Below are positions 1 to 14,350 of a stretch of DNA of 64,000 bases, in pieces (positions within the stretch are counted from its first letter, which is position 1; every line of letters starts with the position of its first letter). The stretch is from NCBI RefSeq assembly GCF_004010195.1, contig NC_057711.1, positions 73,717,399 through 73,781,398 of the forward strand, read 5' to 3'. A program made the position numbers and the translations under genes. The stretch comes from Chiloscyllium plagiosum. Its lineage: Eukaryota. Under the pieces are notes generated by a model. That model ran no database searches. It was given only the letters and a program-made list of their open reading frames with translations, and was not told where the DNA came from.

Positions 1-1409
1 TTAAAGCTTACAGGCAATCTCCACATGAGTCTGCATGTTAGCACTTCTACAGAGTCACAACATGTTTTTTCAGTTGTATGGCCAGCCTTTGATCTTTCAA
101 AGACAAGGGCACTTAGCCTCTGGAGCATTTTTGATGATCAAATGAAATACATCCCCAGTTGCTGTAGACATCCACTTCCATAAACCTTGATGTAGGGTCC
201 ACACCATGGATGCGATTAAAAGAAGACAAATTTTCTTTCAGCTTCCATTCAGACATCCTATCTGGCTATTTTCCCCTTGACTCAACCCCAGTGCACAAAT
301 AGAACGGCTGGAAGTGAGAAAGTGGTGTCACTGGGAGGATGTGAGTTATAATGCCACAGGCTCATCAATGGCCTTGTAAGGTCTTGGAAGGTCAGTGTTG
401 AGCAGCACCCAGAAGGTAAGTCTCTAACCCTGTACAAAGCAACATGGGCAAGAATCCAGCAGGCTACATACCCAAAAGAGCAAGTACTTAGTCGCATCAG
501 ACATATCGGTACCCTCACAGTTTAAGTGAGAAGAGAGTATGACTTAGGAAGGCAAAGCTCCTGTCAAGTTATACTGTGGGAGCTAAAAGCCCACTCATGC
601 ATTATACTCTCCTTATCCTGCTGCAGTTGCACATGTTAGTACATGCTCAATAACTGGGAAATGCTGTAGAAAGGAGGTGAAGTTCTGGGTTTGCTCCAAT
701 GCAAGGCCATCCAGGATGTAGTGTTGGATGTGGTGGAGCAGAGCTTCCTGTGCCAGCCTCTGATGTCCATGGGAAGTAATCAGCCTGAGCCCCTTACAGA
801 ATCCCAATCTCAACTCATGATAAATCTAAGCATCTCAGCATTAGAAGTGCAGGTTCAGCAGCTAAGTGTGATTTCCCACTTTCTTTTAAATGAATTGGCC
901 AATACTCAGATAGCTCCCTACTGCATGCATGCCAGTTTCATCCTAACATCAACCAGGGACTAAATGTTCCTCTTACCTGCCAATTGAAAAGTTAAAACCG
1001 ATCTAATGAAGCTTTTTAAAAGGCTCTGCAAATGGCTGTGGAGACATTCCAATGAAGGTATAGCAGGTTCAAAACACACCCACCTACCATCCCATTGAAT
1101 TGCATTCTGATGGTCGGGGGATTCAGTGCTGGCCTCCAGGAAATGGTTTCCGTAAAATGCTTGAACTCATTCTTTTTCTGTGCCTACTGGCAATTGAAAA
1201 TCTGGCCCAAGTATGTGTTTCACGTCTCTGCCATTTCCTTGCTTTCTAGTACAATTTACCCTGCTTTTGCCCACAGTTTGGTAGAAAGATTTATGGTCTG
1301 CCTTTATATTCCTCACTTTATATTTTCTCTCTCTTTATTTGTTTCTTTTATGAGTTCACTCAATCCTCATGTTTGCTGCTTTTTCAGAACATTTTACAGA
1401 CCTATTCAC

Positions 1410-1950
1410 AGTCATAGAGTCATCCAGCACAGCAACATACCCTTCGGTCCAACCAGTCCATGCTGAACATAATCCCAAACTAAACTAGTCTCACTTGCTT
1501 GCTCCTGGCCCATATTCCAAACCTTTTCGATTCAGGTACCTATCCAAATGTATTTTAAACATTGTAATTGTACCCACTTCCTTAGGAAATTCATTCCAAA
1601 TGCAATCGACTCTCTGTGTAAAAAAAAATTGCCCCTCATGTCCTTTGTAAAACTCTCTTCGCTCACCTTAAAAATGTGACGCCTAATCTTGAAATCCCTC
1701 ATCCTAGGGATAAGACAAATGACATTAACTCTACCTATACCTGTCATTCTTTTATAAACTTCTATCAGCTCACCTCTCAAACTCCTACACTCTGGTGAGA
1801 AAAGTCACAGCCTATCCAACCTTTCTTTGTAACCTAAACCTTCCATACCTGGCAACATCCTGGAAGTCTCTTTTGAACCCTCTCTAGCTTAATAGTATTC
1901 TTCCCATAACTGGTGACCAGAACTGGACACAGAAGAGGCCTCACTAATGT
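1410..1950 (-). mobile_element. CR1-clade LINE 3' fragment
   Basis: ORF 1532-1780 (RGELIEVYK...MRGNFF) matches the CR1 ORF2 C-terminus; short-repeat tail at about 1410. Confidence 0.85.
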
Positions 1951-3147
1951 TGTCTAATTCCTCTAATCAAATACAATAACATTTTCATTATTCAGTACTC
2001 CACTGACCTGAATAGTTGACAAACCAGGAACTTCAATATCCCCTTTAAGCATCATGTTACTGACATAAAATACTGGTGCTGTTGGTCTGAAGTGATTGTA
2101 AAAGAACTGGTTAAAGGTTTGCAGTACTATTCCCTCATAGTTTACAGTGAACTAGTCAAAGATGGAAGGATCTCAGAAAATCTCTGTAAGTTGCAGCATG
2201 TGGCAAGATATGTTTTAACTTGATTTCTATTGCTGTTACAAATTGCTTAACCTATGTTTTTGATGAACTGGTGCATCCAGATTCTGGTGTGCTCTGGAGA
2301 ATGCGAAAGTAGACATACAGGAGAAAGCCATTCTCAATTATAAAGAACCTGTAATATGAACAGCTTTGAGGGCCTCTAAACACAATGTAATGAGGGTTTA
2401 TGCATGAGAAATTTGTCAGTATTTGCTGGGACCAGGTGTTGAGTCTGTTTTGCATCCAACCAAGTTTAAGTGAATCTATTCCAATTGCTGATTAATCATG
2501 AAACTGTTTCGTACATGCATCAATGTGTTTGCATTCATCCCTGCATTAACATAAGCTATCTGTGTGTGTCTGGTGTCCAGCCTTGTTTCTCAGATTGCAT
2601 AGAAACGTTTTAAATTGTAAGCTGCTGAGGAAAGGAAATTAAATCTAGAATAAGGCAATCAAATTAACTCTACACTCTCCTAAATCCTGATAATTTTCTA
2701 ACAAAAATGTTGGCAACATTCAATCATGTTAGGGGCTGCCAGATATTCCAACATATGGGATAGGTTTTCAGCCCTTACTTGGTCATATCCCAAAATTATT
2801 CAGTAACCTGAAAGCTGGGTTGGAGCAAGGCTGAACCCAAGTGGCAGGCAAAAATTGTTACAGCTGAGCTCAAGATCGAAGTACATTGTTTGCTAAACAA
2901 ATGCCTTAAAATGTAGACAAATCTGTAAATACTGCAGTGTACTGTGGTTGCTGGAAATCTGAAATAAAGCTGGAAACTATTGCAGATGCTTAACCAAAGC
3001 TCTTTGGAAGAAGAGTCATATTAGATTTGATTCTGTCTCTCTGTCTACAGTTGCTGCCTGAGCTGCTGAGTTTCTCCAGTACCTTCTATTATTATTGCTA
3101 CAGATATGAATTCAAACTCTGAAAGTGTTTTTTTTGCCTTTATTCAG

Positions 3148-3291
3148 TTGGCAGAGGAAGAAAGTATAAAGAATAAGACTTTAGCCATGATGAATTCCTT
3201 CAATTTTACTAATTCAACCTCTGAAAGCATTCCTGTAATAGATCCTGCAGATTTTCCCAGGGGACCTTGCTGGGAAACAGGTGTTGGATTG
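3148..3291 (+). CDS. TMC2: TMC2-like transmembrane channel, coding exon A (TM5-TM6 extracellular loop); upstream exons lie outside the window
   Basis: ttattcag acceptor and gtaaga donor; 144 bp, phase 0/0. Encodes LAEEESIKNKTLAMMNSFNFTNSTSESIPVIDPADFPRGPCWETGVGL, containing the TMC1/2 PAD-x-PRG-x-CWET motif. Confidence 0.93.
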
Positions 3292-4228
3292 GTAAGATAT
3301 TTGAGCCCATTCTGTAGAAATGGTTTCTACAATTTTCTGCTTTATTGCATTCAGGTAATTTTCACATCATAGCTCAAGATGCATCCTTGTATCACTGAAC
3401 CTTCATTGGGTTTCAATGTGTAGTAATGGGCTTATTTTAATTTCCCGCATCCTTGTGGGAGTGGTGATAGTTAGGTGGTAGAGCGCTTATATAGTGAGGT
3501 GGGAAGGAATGGGTTGGTAATCCAGTCACCTTCCTGATTCTCCAAGATAATCTCAGGGGTGGGAAACCTTTAGCCAACATTGTGTTGGGGTGTAGGGAAT
3601 GTTGTAATTTAAATTCAGATCAACCTCCCATGATCTGGATTGATTCTCCTGCTTCACAAAGGAAGCTGCTGCCAGGAAGTGACACCCTTGTGGAAGACCC
3701 TACTGTCCTTTCAACAAATATCCTCTTTGCCAGGCATGGCTGCCTGGCCTAACCAAGGCCTTCTGACTTGCTGTATTCCGAGGCTCCACGGCTACCCATT
3801 CTCCTAGGTCCACTGCAGTACTGACAGCAGCCATCACGTGTGGTGGAGCTGCTGATACCAAAGATCTGTGTTTCCTGGTTAGTCAGCAGTTCTTGGAGAT
3901 AGGACATCCCTCCTACTGGACTTGAGAAAGCTGGCGCCAACCAGACAGCTAATTGATTGACTTTTAATTGTGTTAGGGTGCTTAGGTATGGTGTTGGCAA
4001 TGTTGCCATTGGTGATGGACCACCACCCTGCCATTTACCTCAACCTCATGTACTTAGCTCATTATTATTTGGTTAATTCATGACTTGTCAATAGGGAGAA
4101 AGCTATACACTTTTTGCTTCAATCACAATTTTGTTTAGATAAAATGTTGCTGAAGAGTTAAAGCTTAATATCATTGAAATTGCTGATAATTGCATTCTTT
4201 GCTGCTTAACATGGCCTTTAATTTGCAG

Positions 4229-4357
4229 GAATTTACAAAGCTTACGGTCTCTGACATTCTCGTAACGTATGGCAGTATATTGGTTGGAGATTTTCTACGT
4301 GCTCTCTTTGTCAGATTTATTAACTATTGCTGGTGTTGGGATCTGGAGTATGGATTT
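4229..4357 (+). CDS. TMC2: TMC2-like exon B (TM6, start of TMC domain)
   Basis: ttgcag and gtgagt; 129 bp. Encodes [43 protein letters not shown]. Confidence 0.96.
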
Positions 4358-4456
4358 GTGAGTACATTTTATGAAAATAAACATATAGAATATGATATGC
4401 ATACAGCTGTTGCTTCACCTCTATTAACATTGCTGCATTTACCCTTTAAACTTTAG

Positions 4457-4524
4457 CCTTCATACACTGAGTTTGACATCAGTGGAAATGTTTTAGGACT
4501 TATCTTCAATCAAGGAATGATATG
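4457..4524 (+). CDS. TMC2: TMC2-like exon C (TM7)
   Basis: ctttag and gtaaga; 68 bp, after a 99-bp intron. Encodes PSYTEFDISGNVLGLIFNQGMI(W); ends in phase 2. Confidence 0.96.
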
Positions 4525-4589
4525 GTAAGAAATCTTTTTTGTTACAACTGTACAATTCATTCTAATTTCAGTGGCACCCATGAGACCAC

Positions 4590-5100
4590 ATCTTAAATTC
4601 ATGTGTGAAGCTTTGGTCTTCTTATTTAAGCGAGGATGTAAATGTATTGGAGGCAGTTCAGAGGAGGTCTACTAGATTGATACCTGAAATGAGTGGGTTG
4701 TCTTATGAGGATGTTAGACAGGCTGGGTTTGTTTCCACTGACGTTTAGAAGAAAGAGGAGCAGCTTAAATGAGGAGTATAAGATCCTGAATGATTTTGAC
4801 AAGGTGGATGTTGAAGAGATGTTTCCTGTTGTGGGTCAGTCCAGAACTAAATTTGGGGACTCCGTTTCAGCACAGAGGTGCAGAGAATTCTTTTCTCTCA
4901 GAGTAGGGGTGAGACTTTGGAACTCTCTGTCCCAGAAGGCAATAGGAATGGCATCATTGAACATTTTGAAGGCAGAACAGGAGACAATCTCATTAGACAA
5001 TGGAATCAAGGGTTATTGGGTAATAACACAAACAGGTCAGCCTGGATCTTAGCAATGGCAGAGCAGGCTCAAGGCACTGACTGGTCTATTTCTGCTTCAG
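4590..5100 (+). mobile_element. CR1 LINE 3' fragment
   Basis: ORF 4693-5052 (LDRLGLFPL...RLWNSL) matches the CR1 C-terminus. Confidence 0.8.
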
Positions 5101-5586
5101 TTTCAAAAGATTGAATGCTGCAATAAGGCTGTCTAGTATTGCTCAATGGAACCACTAAATATACCACTCGAAATCCTTTGAACAGGTGTGGTGGTAGAAA
5201 CCAACTTAAAAAATAAATATAATTAAGTGAAAGCACATGCAGCCATTTTATGTTTGAGATACATCCATTGTATCTTTTGTGCAAGATAGGTCAACTAAAC
5301 AAAAGAAGTTTTCAAAGACCCGAGTGGCATCCAATTTCCTTTACAAAGCAATTGCAAGTCAGGACAATTTTCAGATCTTCATTGATTTCCATGGTGTTCA
5401 TCTGTGAACTCTTTCCACAAGCAGCGAATTAACAGGCCATCTCTGGGTTCATTGTCTGGATTCCGAGGCTGCAGGCCATCTGTGAGCCTATAGCCTCGGA
5501 AACAATATAGTCTCACTATCAGGGATGGCTGCTGCCAGAGCTGGCTGGGAATGGCAAAGGAGACTCGACCTTGATCTGCCCTCTGA

Positions 5587-7035
5587 AGAACATAGAATAT
5601 TACAGTGCAGTACAGACGCTTCGGCCCTCGATGTTGTGCCGACCTGTCATACTAATCTGAAGCCCATCCCACCCACACTATTCCATGTATGTCCATATGC
5701 TTGTCCAATGACAACTTAAATGCACTTAAACCTGTCGAATCTACTACCATTGACGGGCAAAGCATTCCTTATCCTTACTACACGCTGAGTAAAGAAACTA
5801 CCTCTGACATCTGTCTTATACCTATCTCCCCTCACTTTAAAGTTGTGTCCCCTCGTGTTTGCCGTCCCCATACTTGGAAAAAGGCTCTCCCTGTCCACCC
5901 TATCTAACCCTCTGATTATATTGTATGTCTCTGTTAAGCCACCTCTCAACCTTCTTCTCGCTAACGAGAATAGCCTCAAGGCCCTCAGCCTTTCCCCGTA
6001 AGACATTCCTTCCTTACCAGGCAACATCCTAGTAAATCTTCTCTGCACCCTTTCCAAAGCTTCAACATCCTTCTTATAATGCGGTGACCAGAACTGTACA
6101 CAATACTCCATGTGTGGCCGTAATAGAGCTTTGTACAGCTGCAGCATAATCTCCTGGTTCCAGAACTCAATCCCTCTATTAATAAAGGCCAAAACAGTGT
6201 TTGCCTTCTTCACAACCCTGTCAATCTGGGTGGCAACTTTCAGGGATCTGTGTACATGGACACCGAGATCTCTCTGCTCATCTGCACTCCCAAGAATCTT
6301 ACCATTAGCCCAGTACTTTGCATTCCGATTACTCCGTCCAAAGTGTATCACCTCATACTTGTCCACATTAAACTCCATTTGCCACCTCTCAACCCAGCTC
6401 TGCATCCTATCTATGTCTCTCTGCAACCTACTACATTCTTCGTCACTATCCACAACTCCATCAACCTTAGTGTCGTCCGCAAATTTACTAACCCACCCTA
6501 CCAAGCCCTCATCCAGGTCATTTATAAAAATGACGAACAGCAGTGGACCCAACACCGACCCTTGCGGTACGCCGCTAGTAACTGGACACCAAGATGAACA
6601 TGTTCTATCAACTACAACCCTCTGTTTTCTTTCAGCAAGCCAATTACTGATCCAAACTGCTATGTCTCCCACAATCCCATTCCTCCGCATTTTGTATAAT
6701 AGCCTACTGTGGGAACTTTATCGAACACCTTGCTGAAATCCATATACACCACATCGACCTGTTTACTCTCATCTACCTGTTTGGTCACTTTGTCAAAAAA
6801 CTTAATAAGATTCGTTAGGCACAACCTACCCTTCACAAAACCGTGCTGACTGTCCCTGATCAGATTATTCTTTTCTAGATGGTTATAAATCCTATCTCTT
6901 AGAACATTTTCGAACACTTTGCCAACAACTGAAGTGAGACTCATTGGTCTGTAATTATCAGAGTTGTCTCTACTACCCTTTTTGAACAAGGGAACCACAT
7001 TTGGTATCCTCCAGCCTCAGGCACTATTCCTGTAC
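5587..7035 (-). mobile_element. 5'-truncated CR1 LINE, reverse transcriptase largely intact with a frameshift
   Basis: ORFs 6660-6998 and 5716-6690 contain NYRPMSLTS, SQHGF, GVPQGSVLGP and KFADDTK motifs; GAACATA-type tail. Confidence 0.95.
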
Positions 7036-7506
7036 TCAGCTCTACTTTCAATGCACTTCCTAGTTAAGAAGTACTTAAACAAAAATGGTGGTCACAGCTG
7101 TCAGGTCACCCCTGTGTAGGGGAAGCTCCTCCATAGGATAGTCTATGGAAGCAGCTGTTGCTAGCTGTTAACTTGAAGGCAGGAACCTGTCATCCCACTG
7201 ACCAGGCACTAAGCTTATGAATTTCCACCTGGTCTCACACTCAAACCTATCCTGCATGACGTCTGCTTGAATTGATGACCCATTCGCTGAGGAAGATTAT
7301 GTAAGGCATGGTACCAGATGTTTGATTGTTTTAAACAGAATTGTCCTTTATTAATGATGTAGCACAAGGTACTTTACCTGTATTTTCCTCTATTAAAATT
7401 ATTGTTCTTGAATGTACAAGAACTGACACCGGTTAATTGACCATTCAGCTCTATTTTCAATGCACTTCCTAATATCCTTAACATACCTTACAGGTATTTA
7501 TGTATT

Positions 7507-7787
7507 TAGATCAGATTCCCTACAAGTCCACACCAACCCTCCAAAGAGTAACCCACCCAGTCCCATTTCCCTCTGACTAATGCACCTAACATTATGGGCA
7601 ATTTAGCATGGCCAATTCACCTAACCTGCACATCTTTGGATTGTGGGAGGAAAGCGGAGCACCCAGAGGAAACCCACGCAGACACAGGGAGAATGCGCAA
7701 ACTCCACACAGGCAGTCACCCGAGACTAGAATTGAACCTGGGACCCTGGTACTGTGAGGCAGCAGTGCTAACCACTGAGCCATTGTG
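7507..7787 (-). mobile_element. tRNA-derived SINE (HE1/V-SINE type)
   Basis: Reverse complement has a tRNA-like head (TGGCTCAGTGGTTAGCACTGCTGCC) and the GGGTTTCCTC...GGTGCTCCG V-domain core. Confidence 0.85.
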
Positions 7788-8339
7788 TTTTATATTTATA
7801 TACTCCCTCTCTGAAAGAGCCAAATCTAGTTTTTGTTTCTAAGCTCAACTTTCAACCCAATGGCTCAGCATAAGAATACGTTGAATTGCTCTCTTAGGGA
7901 AAGGACTTGACTTTATGATTATCTGGAAGGAAGGAACTAGGACACCAATGGATTAGTATAGTCTAAGTAACATGGTCCTCCTGAGAATTCAATGTAATCT
8001 ATATTATCTATTTGTAGTACCAGTTAATACTGGTATATCAAGATTCTCTTATTGTTACAGAAGGCTGTATCTTATTATTTTATTTAAGTCCAAGTTGCAA
8101 GTTGTTTTTCTTTGGAGGAATTTCTGCCACAAAGTTATCTTGCTGTACCTTACCAAATTCACCTCATTAAATAGCTACCCTATCCCTATGAGGCACCTCA
8201 TGTCCAATTCCCACTTTGCTAAGCACTGTCCTTAGAGCAACTAGCCACTCCCAGAATTCACCAGCACCATCTGTAAAAGCCATTGGTGCACCCGGACATG
8301 CTTTTTTAGTCCGGAGCTGCCATGCTTGATTGCTGACAA

Positions 8340-8545
8340 TTCCTCCAGACAGAGAAAATCAGCATCACTCTCCTGGAGATCCTGCTGGAAAAGGGACTTC
8401 CTCTTCTCTCAGGACAAGCAGTGGAGGCCATGACACCAGACCATGCCAGTCTCGCCTAGGGTTCCCACCCGGATCACTGCAGTCTCAGCTGTCTGGAGGA
8501 ATACACAGCAATGTAGGAAGAAGGTTAAAACGTCTTTTCACTCTA
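8340..8545 (+). mobile_element. Decayed Myb/SANT-like coding fragment, probably from a Harbinger transposon
   Basis: Frameshifted translation ...LLEILLE...HQTMPV...NTQQCRKKV resembles Harbinger Myb/SANT DNA-binding proteins. Confidence 0.4.
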
Positions 8546-9329
8546 CCATTGTAAGTGCCACATCTTCTGTCTGTTACCTCACACTTACTCTGCTACTGTA
8601 AATGCTTCTCCCAAGTCTCTACCATTCTCATTACTGCCTGCAACATCTTCCCTTACTTGCTGCCGTCCATCCTAACTCCCAACACCACTCACCCTACATG
8701 CCCCTGTGCTACCTAATCATTTGCTCAGGACACCTCCCCACTTACTTCAATAGCAATAGCTGTGTCATCTCCTCTCAGCTCCAATAATACCGACCTGTCT
8801 CTCATTCCAGGCGGAAAACAAACCCCCAATAGGGCAGTACGATTTAACATGGGTCGTGGGCTGCCTGATGTTCCTTCCGTATCCTGACTCTGACTGCCCC
8901 CTGTGTTTGACTGGCTGTTTCCAGGCCTCTCGGCTAGTATCGAAGGCTGGCATTACCTTACTGTTCCAGGGCCTCCCGAACAAAGGCTATCCTCCTTTAC
9001 TTGACTGAGAACTGCTGACAACCATGACAAGTTTCCTTCCTTTGCATCTGTGTTAAACAAGACAGAAGTTATATAAACCTTGTATCTCTGGCTAAAGGGG
9101 TCTAAGCACAAGAAGGCAATGCCAAACAATCCAATACAGAGATGCTGTAAGCATCTAGGTAGGGTCAAGTGAGTCAGCGAGATGACAGCAAGAAAAGAGA
9201 TAGTCCATTCTGTGAGGTATCTACACGTTTCTGAGTATACAGTGTCTTAGCTACAGCGTTGCAATGTTAGTTGCCAGTGCAGTCCGAGGTGCAGTATTGA
9301 AATGCAGAAATGCCCTGAAGCAGTCCATG

Positions 9330-10110
9330 TTCAAACACAACAAGATCTGGACGATATCTCAGCTTGAGCTTGCAAGTGGCAAGTAGCAGTCAAGCCATAC
9401 AAATGCCAGGCTATGACCATCACCAATAAGAGAGTCTAAACACTACCCATTGACATCCAATGGTGTTACCATCACAAAATCTCCCAATATCAATACCCTG
9501 GGCATTACTGTTGACCAGAAACTCAACTGGATTCGCCACATAAACACAGTGGCAGCAAGAGCAGGTCAGAAGCTAGAAATAGGCTAGGTGGGTAACTCAC
9601 CTCCGACTCCCCAAAGCCTGGGCACCATCTCAAGGCACATGTCAGGGGCGTGATGAAATACTCCCCACTTGCCTGAATGGGTGCAAGTCCAACAATACTT
9701 AAGAAGCTCGATGTCATTCAGGAGAAAGCAGCCTGCTTAATTGACACTACATCCACAAACTCCCTCCACCACCAATGCTCGGTAGTAGCAATACATACTG
9801 TCTATAATATACACTGCAGAATTTCACCAGATCCTCAGATAGCAACTTCCAATCCCATGATCACTTCCATTTAGAAGGACAAGGGCAACAGGTATGTGGG
9901 AACACCATCACCTTCAGGTTCCCCTCCAAGCCATTCTTCATCTTGACTTGGAACTATATCACCGTTTCTTCGCTATCCCTGGGTCAAGATCCTGGAATTC
10001 TCTGTCTCATGGTATTGTGGGTCAACCCACAGAAAGTGACTGCAGTAGTTCAAGAAGACAGCTCACTACCACCTTCTAAGGGACTACTAGGGTTGGGCAA
10101 TAAATGCAAA
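9330..10110 (+). mobile_element. Old CR1/L2-type LINE 3' fragment
   Basis: Degenerate RT C-terminus (...DQKLNW..., WMGASPTILKKLDVIQEKAACLI) and a 3' end shared with copies at 14460-14700, 36140-36995, 51360-52045 and 57670-58455. Confidence 0.75.
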
Positions 10111-11815
10111 AAAAAAGTGGATAGAAGATGTGCCATGAGGTTTCTTAGAATTTGGCATGTTTCAGATGCGGGTATCCATGGATGTGGGTTGTACGTGGTC
10201 AATGCCTGTGGAACACATCCTGGGATGTTGGTACCTGATGTCTAATATAGAGCTCATTTGAAGCAAATGGCGAGCTGAATTTGTCAGGTATTTGCTCTGG
10301 TTTCTATGTCAAGCTTTTGTGATATCTGGCTTGTTTGATAAATTCTGTAAGATAGAAAGCTGAATATCAATGAAGTGAGTTAACAAAGTATTTAGTAAAC
10401 TTTAATCGCTCTTGATTGGCAACTTAGCATTACCTAGTGAGAAACATGCCATGCCATTTCTGAAAATTCTAAATGTTGGATGGAAATGCTCCCTGTGTCA
10501 AGACTGGCCTTGTTGGACTTCTCATCTGATTCTGCTACAAATCTCACCATAGCCCACGTCATTCAGATCCCTATAAGGTTCTGTCCATGATTTTGTTGAA
10601 TATTTGTAGTATTTGATTTTCTTTTACTCACTTGTTGATAACAATCAGATTTAAAACCATTTAAACTTACTGACTCCATTAATCAGAAATGAGGAAACGC
10701 TTTATACTTTTGCGGTTAAATGGTATTTGCTGGCAATGAGCTCCACTAAGTGCTGTTACCTTGTGATTGAACGAAGGTCATTTCCTTGATTGCCTACATT
10801 CACTGTTGGAATAAAATCATTCATTTGTGTAAACAAATTTAGTCTAAGCATATAGTAACTAGATTGACTGCAGATTTAGGGTATACAGTAAAGTGCAGAC
10901 TGATAACAACGATCCTAATAAAAGCAATTTACTGCGATAATTAGTTTATTGGCCTTATATTTACTTATACAATGAATACTTTTGTAATGTTTGCTAGATC
11001 TACCAGAAGAAAATTTGGTCTGTATTGGGAATTAGAAGATTTATAAACATCCCAATAGATGGTGTTAGCAGCAATGTTCCCTCAATTTTGTTTCTTCTAT
11101 GTGCAGAATTGATTTTATATGTGGAAATATTAAGGTAATGTGCAGCTGTGCATCACAAGTAGAAACAGAAAAGAAACTATATATTGTATGAACCTCTAAA
11201 AAGTTCCCGTAAGTATGGAACAAGAAGAAACAATGCCACCTCCTGCCATGACATTGTGCTAATAGACAAATGACCAGATTTACCACAGATTTAAACTCAA
11301 CCTCTATATTTTAAATTCACTGCAAAAAACATTGTTCATTATTGTTCATTGAAGAACTATTTGTTAGCTTTTATGTTGCAAAATGTAATTTAGTCACTGA
11401 CAAAAGAAAAGTTGAATTGGTAGCAATGGCTTCAGACAGGTCAAGAATATTGTGTTTCAATCTGACATATCCCATATATAAAGAGCTAAATAGGCTTGGC
11501 TTTTGACTGAATAGGAAACACAGAAAAGGTGACTATTTTTTCAACTTATTGAGTGTTGTTTTCTACCAAATACTTCTACGAAATGGTGAGAAAAATAACT
11601 CAATAATTTTTCACATTAACAGATGTAGTCAAGTGAAGAGAGATAAGAGTTCTCCAAGAATTTGGAGGGAAGTTGGCTGTTGTGAACTGGAAGGGGAAAT
11701 TTAAAAAAAACACAGCTTTGCTGTGAATTAAATGAATAATAAGAAATGAAATCTAGAAGAGAGAATGGACTCCCTGACAGAGAATGACTGCCTAAGTAGT
11801 TTTTACAATATTTTA

Positions 11816-11925
11816 AATCAACCCATTCAGAGATCGTGTTATACATATCTGGAACAGGTGTGACTTGAATGTGAGCCTCCAAGCCCAGAGGTAGAGAGAC
11901 TACCACTGTACCACAAGAGACCTCA
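11816..11925 (-). mobile_element. Short tRNA-like SINE (family also at about 12370-12476 + and 52045-52135 +)
   Basis: Shared sequence (TCTTGTGGTACAGTGGT...CTGTTCCAGATATGTATAAC...CTCTGAA) across three copies. Confidence 0.55.
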
Positions 11926-14179
11926 GAGGAGTAGTGTTTGCAGAAGTGGTGGCAGATTAAAAATAACTGTACCTTGTGAAGTAATAATCTGCTTCACTTT
12001 ATAAGATGAGCTGTCTCTCATATTACATATAAAAGTGGAAATGGGGAGAAGTAGCCTTTGGATATTTAAAATGTCCCAATTATATCTCAAGTGATAACCT
12101 CAACAGAACCTTTGCATTATTATATTATTGGACCTGGAATCCAAATGTTCCACATTTAGAATCATTTCCTGTGCACTATGTATGACTCCAACCAGTGGCA
12201 AATTCACTCCTATTTCCTATTGATGTCAATTTTGCTCTGGCCCCTTGAAGTCACATGCACTGAATGCTGCATTGATATCAACAGCAGTCATTCTCACATC
12301 ATGACTGCACCTCTTTTGTCTACGTTTGGACCAAGGCTGTTATGAGATCAGGATCCAAGTGGCTCTGAGGACTCTTGTGGTACAGAGGTATGTCCCTGGA
12401 CTAGGAGACTGGGTTAAGGTACCACCTGCTCCAGATGTATGTGGTAATATCTCTGAACAGATTCATTAAAATATCTAGAATTATGGAGCAGCAATTCGTT
12501 GGATTGGAGTTGTGTTACTTTTCTAAACAAAGACATGCCTGTGCAAGTTTCTCCATTGCTGGGAAGAAGCCAGTATTGTAGCTATACCAGAATGCGTTTG
12601 GCTAAGCTTACAGTTAATTTTGGAGCACAAGACTTAAATACTATTGCTGGAATGTCATCAGAACCCACAATCTTTTCTGTTTCCAGTTCCTTCTGGCGTT
12701 GCTTGATGCTATATACAGTGAGCTGAATTGGCTGAAGACTGGCATGTGTGGTGTTTATGATCTGTGAGGAGGCTGAGGTATTTTGCAAGTTCTTCAGCCT
12801 TATCTTTTGCCCTGAAGTGCTGGACTTTAATTGACACTGAAAATGTTGATATTTGTGGAAAGTCCTCCTTTGGTTATTATTTACTTATCCACCATCACTC
12901 TCAACTAGAAGCTGGATAACAGGAAGAAAGATGATGATTTACACAACCTCAAGAGATCCAAAATTACTTTACAGCCAAATGTGTATTTGATTGCAGGTTG
13001 GAATCTACTCCACTTAGTCGTGAATGAGTGGGGCCCCAACCATTCAAGTTGTGCACCATATCTTTGCTCATTTTCAGATTAAACTAAGATTGTTCTTCAG
13101 TTTTCTGACCAGTCAAGGAGGGCTACATAAACAAAGAAGAATCTCTAATTAAAGGATCACTAGTAGTGGTAACAGTATTCAGAAAACATCCTAGTCTGAG
13201 AGAACAAAGTATAGCTGCTCAACTTTTAAGGCCAGAAGGAGAAGACCTACCAGCTTCATCCAGCAGGTGTCTCTGCAAGTCACAACAGCTGTGTGAGAAC
13301 CTGAAACCCATACAGGAAGAGGTTTAATGAGATAATGAGGAGTTGGCAAGATGAGTGGCCTAGTCTTTGTTTTGTCACTTTTGGAGTCTTCTCCTGCATT
13401 ACACTCCTTCTTAGATGATGAGGGGGATAGAAAATATGATATTATTTTATTTTGATTCTTTCATGTGATAAGGACATCACTGTCCAGACCACCATTTATT
13501 GCCCATCCTTAATGACCAGAGGCAGTTTGGAGAATGATTCTCAGTGGTGTTCACCAACGGTCCCCTTGGTTTATTGGAATTCAAAGTAAAATTTGAAAAT
13601 GTGCTAATAATACCAACCTTGGAGATGTAACAAACAGTGAGGATGACACCAATCATAATGATAATAATCATAATCATAATCACAATGCACATACATTCAA
13701 TCCAACATGCATAGATAACAATAAAACATAGACGGGCTAACAGAATTGGGAGAGAAATGGCAGATGAGATTTAACACTGAGAAGTGGAATTTGATGCATT
13801 TTGGTAGAAAGGATAAGGACTGACAATATATAGTTAATAGTCATTTTTGAAGAGTGTGAAGATCAGAGGAACATGGTTCATGTTTATAGATACTTGACAT
13901 GCCAAGACATATTGATTGTAGTTAATAAAGCCTATGGTATCTTAGCCTTCAATGATTTTGAATACAAAATCAAAGAAATTATGCTAATCTATTAGAAACC
14001 TCTGCTTAGGCCATTACCAGAATATTGTGTCAAGTCTGATCACCACACTTTTGGAAAGATGCAAGATTCCTTGAGACAGTGCAGGGAAATGACTGATATG
14101 CTTCCAGGGATGAGGGGTTTTAGCTATAAAATTTTGTTGGAGAAGCTAGGATTGTTCTGCTTTGGGTAAATGTCAGATT

Positions 14180-14350
14180 TGCACCCATCAGCTGGTTAGG
14201 TACAGTCAGTACCCTACTTGTTGTGAACAGCCAAAAGATACTGTTTTCAGATGATAAGCCAGTTTTTGGGACATGCAGCCTATATACCTTGCATCACACT
14301 GGCACTGAAATTTATATATCAGATTTTCCTTATGTGTGACAAGCAGTACA
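14180..14350 (-). mobile_element. Penelope-like element GIY-YIG endonuclease fragment
   Basis: ORF 14206-14424 contains NLIYKFQCQCDARYIGCMSQKLAYHLK, a GIY-YIG pattern (IY-x-F-x-C-x-C...YIG). Confidence 0.7.

Noticed and set aside
6110..6736. 208-aa + strand ORF
   Set aside because: Antisense shadow of the CR1 reverse transcriptase.
13477..13692. Hydrophobic Ile/Met-rich ORF resembling a membrane peptide
   Set aside because: Produced by an (ATAATC)-type microsatellite.
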